This document shows positions 1 to 8,906 of a DNA stretch of 57,430 bases, in pieces (position 1 is the stretch's first letter; each line of letters begins with the position of its first letter). Source of the DNA: an uncultured bacterium (GTDB taxonomy: Bacteria > UBP14 > UBA6098 > B30-G16); the NCBI GenBank assembly GCA_965552135.1, contig CBEVQY010000016.1, forward strand, positions 1 through 57,430, written 5' to 3'. The notes beneath the pieces are model-generated. The model was not told the origin of the DNA. It did not search any database and saw only the letters and a list, made by a program, of their open reading frames with translations. The position numbers were made by a program, and so were the translations under genes.

Positions 1-3000
1 CACCATCCCACGTAAATCCAGCGGAATCCGAATTATATAAAACGCCGTCCACCTCGAGCGCAACGCTCGAGTCGGAAATGCCGGAGAGAGAATCGTATAT
101 CTCAACACATATCTCAGGCGAAGTCAAGTCTACAACGTCCCCAGCGCCGGGCGACGCAGTCAGGACAACAGGCGGGGTGAGGTCGACGATAAACGTCACC
201 GACGTGGTTGTGGTCATCGGGTTGAACAGGGAGTCGCAGGCGGATATAACAGATATCGTTACGGTTTCGGCGTCGGCGAAGGGGGGATCGGGGACGAAGT
301 AGAAGCTCACGGTGTCGTGGAGGGTTATAACGTGCGCGATTTGGGTTGCGGTTGAATCGCCGACGCGCAGGGTCTCCACGGAAGCGCCGCCGAAGCGCGA
401 GACGACTATCCTTATGGAGTCGGCAATAAGACCCGTTGTCTCGGGGTTTATCACCACAATCGGCACCGAGTCGGGGTCGCAGGCGACGTAGTCCCACATA
501 CCCGGATAGGGGATTACGGCGTACGGCTCGGTGAGCATTATCACAAAACTCCAGCAGGTATCAAGCTGATTTGGCGGGCAGTCTTCGCCGTACCAGTCGC
601 CCACGCCGTAGTAGTCGTCGGCGAGGTCGAAGGCAGAAAGGCAAACGGAGACCGTAGAACCGCCAGCCCAATACAGTCCCGCTGCGCTTGGGTCGAAGGC
701 GAGGTATCCTGTGGTCGTGTCGAAGCTTATCCCAGGGGATGTGAGCGTAAACGCCGCCCCATCCACAAGGAGCAGGATGCTGTCGAGGGCAAGACCCGCT
801 ATGGAGTCGGCGATAAACATGCTTATCGTCGGTGCCACGTCGGCGACCGTCGCACCGGGCGCTGGATCCAAGCCCCAAACAACGGGCGGAATGCGGTCTA
901 TGTAAAAGTCCCAGTCAACCATGGATTCGAGCGGATTCCCGTATATGTCGGAGCAAGCGATGAGGCTGGCGCTTATGTGGGCGCTGTCGGGCCAGGGCGG
1001 CGAGGGAACGAAGTACAGCATCCAGTTCAGCGGGTCGAAGCTCAGTTGCGGATCGCCCCAGCTGATCGTATCGCCGCCCACGACCAGAACGATGCTTGTG
1101 GTGTCGATCCCTGAGCTGTCGAAAAGCCATATCTGGATGTATTCGTTCAGGCAGGAGGAGTATCCGAACGGTCGCAGCGCTTCAGCAACCGGACCGCCGG
1201 GCTCGATGACGAATGTCCAGCTTGTGTCGAGGACGTTGTCGGCGCAGTAGTCTGTTGTGTCGGTGGCGGAGATGGAGATCGTGACGACGTCGCCGCCGTC
1301 GAAGCTCACCCCGCTCGATTCGGCATACCAGCAGAAAAGAAGCGCCGACGAGTCCACAAGAATCGGCGCATACGGCGTCCCGTTCACGGAGAAGACAAGC
1401 GATGCGAGGTCGACGCCGCTTCCGTCGTCGGCTATGTGGAAGCAGACGGTGGGCTCGTGCTCGGGAACAACCTCGCCCGCACCCGGAGACCCACCCCAAA
1501 CGTACGGCGCCGAAAGGTCCATGTAAAAGCTCCAGCACAAAGGCGAAGGCGACATCGGATTGTCGAGGTAGTCCGTCGCAGACGTTACGCAAACCCAAAC
1601 GGTCTCGCCGTCGGCGAAGGGCGGAGACGGATGGTACTCAACGGTGTAGTACGTCGAGTCGCCGCTCAGGACGACGCCCGGGGAGTACGCACCCAAAACC
1701 GCCGTATCCGCCGGATCGCTCGAGCGAATGACGAAGAAGCTTATGCTCGTGTCGACGACGCCGTCGTCGTCCTGGAGGGTGAAGACTATGTGTTCGTCCT
1801 CGCACGAGCTCCACGCGCCGTCGAACGGGCGAAGTACCACGGGATACGGTCCCCCGGGCGCGACGAACCACCTGCAGCAGTATACGGAGTCGTTCGGCGG
1901 GCACAGATCAGGCGAGTCGTACGCCTCCACGCACAGTTTTATGCTGTCGCCGCCGCTCCAGCGCAAGCCCGCAAGCGCGCTGTTTAGGCTCAAAAGCGTA
2001 CCCGCCTCAGAAACGCTCCCGTCGTAGAGGTGGATCGTCACGCTGTCGTCGACGACGAGGACGGTGGCGGAGTCGTCAACCCCAGCGAGGTTGTCGGTGA
2101 GGACGAGGGAGAGGGTCGGCATAGATGTCCTCACCGTCTCGCCGCAGGCGGGCTCGAAACCCGAAACCAAAGGCGGCTCGAGGTCGACGTAAAACTCCCA
2201 CGAAAGCGGGTTCGAAAGCGGGTTGCCCAAAACGTCGTCGGCGGAGATTAGCGAGACGTAAACCGTCTCGTTGTTGACCCAGAAGCTTGCGGGGTCGGGG
2301 CAGAACCGAAGGGTATCGGGGTGCCAGGAGAGCCTCGGGTCGGAGAGGTCGAAAGTGTCGGCGAAGTGCGAGCAAGCCACATAAAGCCTTATGCTCGTCG
2401 TGTCCACCAGGGTGTCGTCGTCGACCACGGTGAGCAGGATGCACTGGTCCTCGCAGGCTGTTATCTGCTCGGGGAGCGGCGTTATGATCGTCGCCACAGG
2501 TCCCGAAAGCCTCACGAAGAACCGCCAGCAGTAGAGGGTGTCGTTTGGCGGGCAGTAGTCGGGGCTGTCCTCGGCGTAAACGCAGACCTCCACCGTGTCG
2601 TAGTCGCTCCAGCTCGTGCCGAGGTCGGCTATGTCGAACTCCAGAAGCGAGTCGCCGGGGTCCCAGTGCACCCCTTCGTCCCCGATGCGCAGCGTATCGC
2701 CGTTGACGATGAGAAGAAGCGTGCTGTCGTTTATCCCCGAAAGGGAGTCCCAGACGTGGATCAATATCCTCGCCGTCGAGTCGTTGAGGACGGTGTCCGG
2801 CGGCGGCATAGCGCCCCAGAGGGACGGCGGTGACAGATCCATTGTAAAGCTCCAGCACAGCGGGTGCGCCATGTGGTTTCCCAAGGAGTCGACGGCGTCC
2901 CAAAGGCACACGTCGACGACCTCCGCGTCGTGCCAGGCGTGCCCAGCTTCAAGCGGGATGAAGACGAGGGTGTCGTCCTCGTAGTACATCGCGGAGCCGG

Positions 3001-5190
3001 CGAAGTCGGGGTAGCGGAGCGTATCCCCCTCGACCACAAGCACGATCGAGTCGGGGATTACGCCGTCTGGATCGGTTACGGTAAGCTCTATGCGCTGCTC
3101 CACGCTGTCGCAGGCGACGTAGGCGCCGGGCTCGTAGCTTATGATCTCACCAACGGGACCCGAAAGGCTCACCATAAACCACCAGCAGTTTGTGGTGTCG
3201 TTTGGACCGCAGTAGGTCGGCGTGTCGACCATCGAGACGACGCAGACCCAAACGGTGTCGCCGTCCTCGAACTCGTAGCCCGTGGGGAGGATCTCGAAGT
3301 GTGTCAGGTAATCCCATACGACCTCGGGGTCGCCTATGCGGAACGTGTCGACCGACCAGAGCGTTCCGCACGTGTCCGTCACGACGACGAAGAACGAAAG
3401 CGGATCAAGCCCTGCCACCGAGTCGGTAATCTCGAAGGCTATCGTTGGCGCCGGGACGGCGATGGTCGCCGAATCGGGCGGGAAGTGCCCCCACGTCACG
3501 GGCGGCGAGAAATCGGTGTAGAAGGTCCACGTTAGTGGCAGGTCGCTTGCCGGCGTGCCGTAGATGTCCGTCATCCACACAAGCGTCACGACTATCGTGT
3601 CGCTGTCGAGCCAGTACCCCAGGGGCGGCGCGAGGACGAGAACCGTATCCCCGCCGCCGTAGTCGATGTAGAGCCACGGGTGGTAGATCGTGAACGTGTC
3701 GGGCGTTCCGTCGCCGTTGTCGATCACAAGGACTATCGACGTCGAGTCCACAGGTCCTGCGCCGCCGTGCAGCACAAGCTCGACCGTCGAGTCCTCGCAG
3801 GCAACAACGCTTGCGGGCGTCGGGAAGAGTATCTCCGCCCAGGGCTCCTCGTGGACCCAGTAGAACCGCCAGCAGTAGGTCGTATCGTTCGGACCGCACG
3901 TGTCGGGCAGGTCGGCGCTTTGGACGCACACCTCCACGGCGCACGTCTCCCCCACGGCAAGGCAAAGGCTGTCGGTAAGCTCGATCGTAAGCGAAAAGCT
4001 CCCATCGGACGACATAGCGACGCTCCAGTCGGACCAACTGTAGCCGTTTACCGTAACCTGCACCGACGCGGGGTCAAGCCCAGCCACAGAGTCGAAGATC
4101 ACAACGTGCGCCGTCTCGGGGAACTCGTAGAGGATGCTTTCAGGCGGCGGGAACTCGTCGAAGTAGACCGGCGGGTCGTAGTCGACGACGAACATCCAGC
4201 CCAAGGGGAGGTTTTCTATGTCGTTGCCGAAAATGTCCGCTCCCGCCACAAGCTGCGCCCAAACGGTGTCGCCGCTTGCGAAGTAGCCGACATCGGGGCT
4301 TAGGATAGCCGTCGTCTCGTCGACCATGTTGAACCACGGGCTCGTTATCGTGTAGGTCGTGTGGGTTGGGTAGAACGAGGTCCACACCTCGAGCTGAAGG
4401 GACATCGAGTCTATCGGGTCACCGTCGGGGTCGGAGAAGGCGATGAGGATCTCCGCGGGGTCGCAGGCAACTATCGATGCCGAATCGGGGCTGACGAACC
4501 AGGCTACAGGCGGGTTATTGAGGATATATGTGCAGCAGGCGGTGGTGTCGTTTGGACCGCACAGGTCGCAGCCCGCGTACGTCGAGGGAACCCTGTCGGC
4601 AACGTAGACGCAAACCACAACCGAGCCGGCGTCCGCAACGCCCAACTCGCCGAGCGAACCCGAAAGTGTAAGCGTTCCGCTCGTGTAGTCGCCCAGGTAG
4701 GTCACGTGTCCTCCGCCGACGTAATAGGGCGTGCCGTTTACGGTGAAGTAGGCACTCAGGATGTCTATCCCCGCGACGTCGTCCGACACGGTGACGGAGA
4801 CTGAAAGCATCGTGTCCTCAAGCTCCGTTCCGCAGGGGGGCGTGAAGGAGGACACGTCGGGCGGCAACAGGTCGACTATGAAGTTGCAGTCGACGTTGGA
4901 GATAAGCGGGCACCCGTTGCCGTCCTCCGCCCCCTGGAGCTGGTAGTTCACCGTTTGCCCGTGCGCCCAAGGCGAAGAGGGCGTCCAGGTGAGCACAGGA
5001 TCAGCCCAGCTCATATGGTCGGGGAAGTTGTAGGGCGTGCCGTTCACCACAAGCGTTATCGTCGACGTGTTGACCCAGCTGTCCTCGTCGACGAGCTGGA
5101 TCGTTATGGGCTGCTCCGGGCACGCGGTGTACACGACCTCGCCTCCGCCGGGGCATGGCGGGCAGAGCGGGGTTGCCTCGGGACCGGGGC
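1..5190 (-). repeat. Protein-level tandem array of alternating A/B Ig-like modules (8 A, 7 complete B, 1 partial B)
   Basis: B-module end motifs lie near 560, 1240, 1890, 2545, 3200, 3885 and 4545 (e.g. PDYCPPNDTLYCWRF, PDTCGPNDTTYCWRF, TYCGPNDTTNCWWF). A/B junctions read D(L/F/Y)xPP. The repeats are degenerate at DNA level. Confidence 0.85.
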
Positions 5191-6283
5191 ATGCGCAGTC
5201 CTCGAGGAAGACGCAGCCAGCCGTGGTGTCGGCATACCCTCCGCCGCTTATCGTGACGGTGAAGCACGCATCTGGTCCTATGCAGCCCTCAACGCTGCTC
5301 ATGCGCCAGACGAAGCAGTGCTCCTCCCCAGGCGCCCACGGACCGTAGGACTGTGGGTTCGCGCTCAAAATGCTTATGCAGGCGCCGGGGTAGACGGTGG
5401 CAATGCCAGGGTCGATCGTTGCGCCGGAGTTGTTGGTCACGCAGAAGTTTATGATCTCGAAGGTGTCAATAAGGGCGACAACGTCGTCAAATATGGTTGA
5501 CCACGAGGTCGAGTATAGCTCGTACCAGTTGCCGCCGGTGTCGTAGGCGATGTCCCTGTAGAGGTTGTCCCACCACGAAATTGTCGAGGTTGGCGACGAC
5601 ACGAACACCACAAATCCCTGCGCGACCGCCCTGCCGTAGGGATTGTTCCAGCCCGGGTAGGGGTGGGTTGAGTTGTTGGAGTAGACGTCGGTTCTGCTGT
5701 TGCAGCAGCATCCGCTTCCGTCGAGGTGATCGAGGGCGCAGGAGGGCGCATCGGTGAACATGATGATTATGTGCAGTGCGTCGGGTCGCCAGTCGTAGTA
5801 CTCCATCGCGTCCCATATCGCGTCCCACGAGGTCTCCGCCCAGTCGTCCCCGCCCCAGGCTCCAACGCCGAACAAGTTGGTGCGGAAGGTCCAGTAATCG
5901 TCCGTCATCTGGTATCCCGGGGTGCCGGCGTCGAAGTCCCAGATGTTCGTTCCGTCGCCGAATGTGACGCCGCCGAAGCGGTAGTCGTAGCCGCGGGCGT
6001 CAAGCTCCGAGGCAAAAGCGTCGATGTTGGAGCGAACGTTGGATATCGTGCCGCTCATCGAGCCCGTGCTGTCGATGCAGAAAACTATGTCTACCGCGCC
6101 GGTGTCGATCCTGCAGCCAAGGTCGATGGTAAACTCGCCGTCTAAGGTGGACTTCATGGGGTAGCTCACACCTCGATAGATAAAGCTTGCCCGCGTGAAC
6201 TTGAATGGGGAGCTTTGGGCGCCCTGCCCGAAAAGCAAACAAAAGCACAACCCCAAAAACAAAAAAACAATCTTTTTGCTCAT
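1..6283 (-). CDS. Giant secreted vWA-domain protein with tandem Cys/Asp-rich Ig-like repeats (3'-partial, >2090 aa)
   Basis: Not in the ORF track because no stop falls inside the window. ATG at 6283 with GGAGG at 6291-6295 and signal peptide MSKKIVFLFLGLCFCLLFG. vWA motifs DIVFCIDSTGSM, GGDDWAE, IIIMFTDAP and IAYDTGG lie at ~6110-5460. Repeats ending C(G/P)PN..CW.F follow about every 660 nt, and the frame is still open at position 2 (...VDGVLYNSDSAGFTWDG). Confidence 0.9.
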   Translation of the reverse strand, partial: MSKKIVFLFLGLCFCLLFGQGAQSSPFKFTRASFIYRGVSYPMKSTLDGEFTIDLGCRIDTGAVDIVFCIDSTGSMSGTISNVRSNIDAFASELDARGYDYRFGGVTFGDGTNIWDFDAGTPGYQMTDDYWTFRTNLFGVGAWGGDDWAETSWDAIWDAMEYYDWRPDALHIIIMFTDAPSCALDHLDGSGCCCNSRTDVYSNNSTHPYPGWNNPYGRAVAQGFVVFVSSPTSTISWWDNLYRDIAYDTGGNWYELYSTSWSTIFDDVVALIDTFEIINFCVTNNSGATIDPGIATVYPGACISILSANPQSYGPWAPGEEHCFVWRMSSVEGCIGPDACFTVTISGGGYADTTAGCVFLEDCACPGPEATPLCPPCPGGGEVVYTACPEQPITIQLVDEDSWVNTSTITLVVNGTPYNFPDHMSWADPVLTWTPSSPWAHGQTVNYQLQGAEDGNGCPLISNVDCNFIVDLLPPDVSSFTPPCGTELEDTMLSVSVTVSDDVAGIDILSAYFTVNGTPYYVGGGHVTYLGDYTSGTLTLSGSLGELGVADAGSVVVCVYVADRVPSTYAGCDLCGPNDTTACCTYILNNPPVAWFVSPDSASIVACDPAEILIAFSDPDGDPIDSMSLQLEVWTSFYPTHTTYTITSPWFNMVDETTAILSPDVGYFASGDTVWAQLVAGADIFGNDIENLPLGWMFVVDYDPPVYFDEFPPPESILYEFPETAHVVIFDSVAGLDPASVQVTVNGYSWSDWSVAMSSDGSFSLTIELTDSLCLAVGETCAVEVCVQSADLPDTCGPNDTTYCWRFYWVHEEPWAEILFPTPASVVACEDSTVELVLHGGAGPVDSTSIVLVIDNGDGTPDTFTIYHPWLYIDYGGGDTVLVLAPPLGYWLDSDTIVVTLVWMTDIYGTPASDLPLTWTFYTDFSPPVTWGHFPPDSATIAVPAPTIAFEITDSVAGLDPLSFFVVVTDTCGTLWSVDTFRIGDPEVVWDYLTHFEILPTGYEFEDGDTVWVCVVSMVDTPTYCGPNDTTNCWWFMVSLSGPVGEIISYEPGAYVACDSVEQRIELTVTDPDGVIPDSIVLVVEGDTLRYPDFAGSAMYYEDDTLVFIPLEAGHAWHDAEVVDVCLWDAVDSLGNHMAHPLCWSFTMDLSPPSLWGAMPPPDTVLNDSTARILIHVWDSLSGINDSTLLLIVNGDTLRIGDEGVHWDPGDSLLEFDIADLGTSWSDYDTVEVCVYAEDSPDYCPPNDTLYCWRFFVRLSGPVATIITPLPEQITACEDQCILLTVVDDDTLVDTTSIRLYVACSHFADTFDLSDPRLSWHPDTLRFCPDPASFWVNNETVYVSLISADDVLGNPLSNPLSWEFYVDLEPPLVSGFEPACGETVRTSMPTLSLVLTDNLAGVDDSATVLVVDDSVTIHLYDGSVSEAGTLLSLNSALAGLRWSGGDSIKLCVEAYDSPDLCPPNDSVYCCRWFVAPGGPYPVVLRPFDGAWSSCEDEHIVFTLQDDDGVVDTSISFFVIRSSDPADTAVLGAYSPGVVLSGDSTYYTVEYHPSPPFADGETVWVCVTSATDYLDNPMSPSPLCWSFYMDLSAPYVWGGSPGAGEVVPEHEPTVCFHIADDGSGVDLASLVFSVNGTPYAPILVDSSALLFCWYAESSGVSFDGGDVVTISISATDTTDYCADNVLDTSWTFVIEPGGPVAEALRPFGYSSCLNEYIQIWLFDSSGIDTTSIVLVVGGDTISWGDPQLSFDPLNWMLYFVPSPPWPDSAHISASLIACSDIYGNPLESMVDWDFYIDRIPPVVWGLDPAPGATVADVAPTISMFIADSIAGLALDSILLLVDGAAFTLTSPGISFDTTTGYLAFDPSAAGLYWAGGSTVSVCLSAFDLADDYYGVGDWYGEDCPPNQLDTCWSFVIMLTEPYAVIPYPGMWDYVACDPDSVPIVVINPETTGLIADSIRIVVSRFGGASVETLRVGDSTATQIAHVITLHDTVSFYFVPDPPFADAETVTISVISACDSLFNPMTTTTSVTFIVDLTPPVVLTASPGAGDVVDLTSPEICVEIYDSLSGISDSSVALEVDGVLYNSDSAGFTWDG

Positions 6284-6359
6284 ACTCAAACCTCCGCTGC
6301 CCCTTCTATAAAATATGTCGATACAAGAGCTATTTCACAACCCCTAATGGCAAAAGTTT

Positions 6360-6388
6360 TTGACAAAGCCTTCCGCTGCGGTTAGCTT
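6360..6388 (+). promoter_or_regulatory. Putative sigma70-type promoter for the PDO gene
   Basis: TTGACA-N17-TAGCTT, followed by the RBS GGAGG and ATG at 6421. Confidence 0.6.
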
Positions 6389-6420
6389 GCGAGGGGCACT
6401 GGCAAACGGAGGTCTTTAAG

Positions 6421-7098
6421 ATGGCGATCTTCAGCGAGCGGGACAAGCTTGAGATCCAAAAGAGGCTTTCGGATATGAGGGCGCCGGTTGTGCTTGCCTT
6501 CTTTACGCAAAAGCTTGGCGACTGCCAGTACTGCGACCAGACCGAAATGCTTTTGGACGAGCTTTCGGAGCTTTCCGAAAAGCTTTCGCTTGAGAAGTAC
6601 AATCTTGCCATCGACAAGGAGGTTGCCGAGCGCTACGGCGTCGACAAGGTGCCCGCCATAGTCGTTCTCGGCGTATCGAACGGGAACGCGGTCGACTACG
6701 GCATAAAGTTCTTCGGCATACCGGCGGGGTATGAGTTTGCCACGCTGCTTGAGGACATCCTCATGGTTTCGCAGGGGGATTCGGGTCTTTCGGAGTCGAC
6801 GCGTCAGGCGCTTGCCTCGCTGCAAAAGCCCGTGGAGATAAAGGTCTTCGTCACGCCGAGCTGCCCCTACTGCCAAGTCGCTGTGCTTACCGCACACCGC
6901 ATGGCGTTCGAGTCGGACAAGGTCGTTGCCAACATGATAGAGGCGTCGGAGTTCCCAAGGCTCTCGAGCGAATACGGCGTTCAGGTCGTTCCCAAGGTTG
7001 TGATAAACGACCTTGTGGTCTTCGAGGGCGCCGTTCCCGAGGAGCTTTTCGCGGCATATGTGCTCAAGGCGGCGGAGGGTGAGGTGAAGGCGGGCTGA
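6421..7098 (+). CDS. Protein disulfide oxidoreductase (PDO, two thioredoxin folds, AhpF N-terminal-like)
   Basis: Two CXXC motifs (CQYC, CPYC), GIPAGYEFATLLEDI and the cis-Pro motifs KVP and VVP; 225 aa. Confidence 0.9.
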   Translation: MAIFSERDKLEIQKRLSDMRAPVVLAFFTQKLGDCQYCDQTEMLLDELSELSEKLSLEKYNLAIDKEVAERYGVDKVPAIVVLGVSNGNAVDYGIKFFGIPAGYEFATLLEDILMVSQGDSGLSESTRQALASLQKPVEIKVFVTPSCPYCQVAVLTAHRMAFESDKVVANMIEASEFPRLSSEYGVQVVPKVVINDLVVFEGAVPEELFAAYVLKAAEGEVKAG

Positions 7099-8358
7099 TC
7101 ATTCGTATCGCAGAGCCTGCGCGGGCGGCATTGCCGCAGCCTTAAGCGCCGGATACAGCCCGAATGCTGTGCCCACAGCCGTCGTGAAAGCCAGCGCGAC
7201 CGCCGCTGCCTCCCACGAAAGGGCAAACGGAAGCACAGGAAGCAGGGTCGATGCGCAAAGCGGCACCAAAATCCCCACCAAAAGACCCAACGCTCCGCCA
7301 AGCCAGCACTGGGTCAAAGCCTCGAGCAAAAACTGCGCAAGTATGTGGAGCTTTGTTGCGCCAACCGCCTTGCGGACCCCTATCTCCCTCGTCCGCTCCC
7401 TGACCGCAACAAGCATTATGTTCATAACGCCTATTCCACCTACGAAGAGGGACAGCCCCGCCACGGCGAGTATCGCCGCCCAAAGGGTGCGGGTGGTCTT
7501 GCGATACTCCGCAAGGAGCATCTCCTGCGAGTTTATGGCGAAGTTATCCTCGTCGCCGGGTCTTAGCCCGCGTATGCCCCTTATCGCAGACCTGAGTTCC
7601 TCCTCAAGCTCGTCGACGTCGTCGGGGCTTGGCGCAGAGACAAGAACCGCAAGGTTCCTCCTGCCGCCAAAGGCGTGGATGAAGGCGTAGAAGGGGATGA
7701 AGACCTCGTCGTCGAGCGTGCCTATGGCAAGGGACCTGCCCTGCCTCTCCAAAACGCCCACGACGCGAAACGGAATCCCCCCTATCTTTACCCACTTGCC
7801 CGATGCGGGTTCGTCTTCGAAGAGGGCGTGCCATATCTCCCAGCCCAGGACGCAGACGGGTCTTCCCTTTCTGTCTTCGCCGAACGAGAAGAACCTGCCC
7901 TCGAGCATGTCCATTCTCCTCAGCTCGGGGAACTCCCACGACGTTCCGCGCACGGTCGCATCGGCGGAGTTTTGCCTGTAGCGGACAGTTTTGCGTGTTC
8001 GCACGCTCGGCACGACGAACTCCGCGAGTCGGCACCTTTTGGCAGCTGCAAGCTCGCGGAGCGTTATCGGCGGTGCGTTCCACCACCTGCGCCAGTCCCT
8101 CCCCCGACCGCTCCACGGGCGCCTCTGCAGGTAGAGAACCTTCGTCCCCAGCGAGGCGAACTCCTCCCTGATCCTGCGGTCGAGCCCGCTTATCACCGAA
8201 ACGAGGGCGGTTATCGTCGCCACGCCGATGAGTATCGAAAGCAGCGTCAAAGCCGACCTTAGCTTGTACGCCCAAAGCGATGCGAGGGCGCTTCGCACAG
8301 CCTCGGAAAGGGTGCTTTGCGCGTTGCGCAGAAAAGCCCAAAAGCCTGCCCTAAACAT
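7099..8358 (-). CDS. ABC transporter permease, MacB/FtsX family
   Basis: KLRSALTLLSILIGV, a periplasmic domain, and VGGIGVMNIMLVAVRERTREIGVRKAVGA...ALRYE. Confidence 0.93.
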   Translation of the reverse strand: MFRAGFWAFLRNAQSTLSEAVRSALASLWAYKLRSALTLLSILIGVATITALVSVISGLDRRIREEFASLGTKVLYLQRRPWSGRGRDWRRWWNAPPITLRELAAAKRCRLAEFVVPSVRTRKTVRYRQNSADATVRGTSWEFPELRRMDMLEGRFFSFGEDRKGRPVCVLGWEIWHALFEDEPASGKWVKIGGIPFRVVGVLERQGRSLAIGTLDDEVFIPFYAFIHAFGGRRNLAVLVSAPSPDDVDELEEELRSAIRGIRGLRPGDEDNFAINSQEMLLAEYRKTTRTLWAAILAVAGLSLFVGGIGVMNIMLVAVRERTREIGVRKAVGATKLHILAQFLLEALTQCWLGGALGLLVGILVPLCASTLLPVLPFALSWEAAAVALAFTTAVGTAFGLYPALKAAAMPPAQALRYE

Positions 8359-8905
8359 CTCCCACCCCCCGCGGAACCCTGCGCGAAATCAGCGGGAAAA
8401 GGAGCGCGAATACGACTGCGTTCGCCGCGATGTGGAGGGCGGAGAAGGCGATCCCGCTTATCATGTATGCGGCGAAGGTCTGCTTTGTGGGGAAGGCGAA
8501 GTATCCCGCGGCGTTGGTGATGAGGTCGTAGAAGGCTGTGGCGGCTGCACCGACCGCAGCGGCGACAACCGGATGCCCAAGTCTCCTCCAGAGGGTTGCT
8601 CCGCAAAGTCCGAATGCGGCTCCGCCAACACCCTGCGCGATCCACTGAGGCAGCGGCGCCACGCCGAACGGCGAGAAGAACGAATAGAGCAAAAACATCG
8701 TGGCGCCGTCGAAGGCGCCCCAGACGGCGCCGAGGATGTACCCCGAAAGCGCCGCGGTGAAGCTTATAAGCTCAACGTTCGGAACCCACGCCAGGGCGTA
8801 TCCAACACCAACGCCCAGCCCAACGAGGACGCCACTGTAGGCGAGGGAGCGCAGTGGCGAGCTCTTTGAGCCTGTAACCTCCGTATGACCTTCGCGCACA
8901 ACCAT
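8351..8905 (-). CDS. ECF transporter S-component-like membrane protein
   Basis: About 184 aa and hydrophobic, with WVPNVELI, a G..G...G helix and YDLITN. Start placed at ATG 8905, directly after the pyrR stop. Confidence 0.7.
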   Translation of the reverse strand: MVVREGHTEVTGSKSSPLRSLAYSGVLVGLGVGVGYALAWVPNVELISFTAALSGYILGAVWGAFDGATMFLLYSFFSPFGVAPLPQWIAQGVGGAAFGLCGATLWRRLGHPVVAAAVGAAATAFYDLITNAAGYFAFPTKQTFAAYMISGIAFSALHIAANAVVFALLFPLISRRVPRGVGDV

Positions 8906-8906
8906 A

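Noticed and set aside
1..300. Window ends overlapping (circular element) or joining into one gene
   Set aside because: Both terminal genes read outward on opposite strands, the end sequences are not identical, and the content is chromosomal housekeeping.
550..4570. Recurring CCAGCAGTAG...GTCGTTTGG-like DNA motifs as a CRISPR array or DNA repeat
   Set aside because: The copies are degenerate, about 660 nt apart and in frame. They encode the C.PND...CW protein motif, and no cas operon is present.
78..6248. Dozens of short ORFs in the supplied track over 1-6.3 kb and 52.9-57.2 kb
   Set aside because: They are shadow or antisense frames of the two giant genes, which have RBSs, signal peptides and coherent domains.
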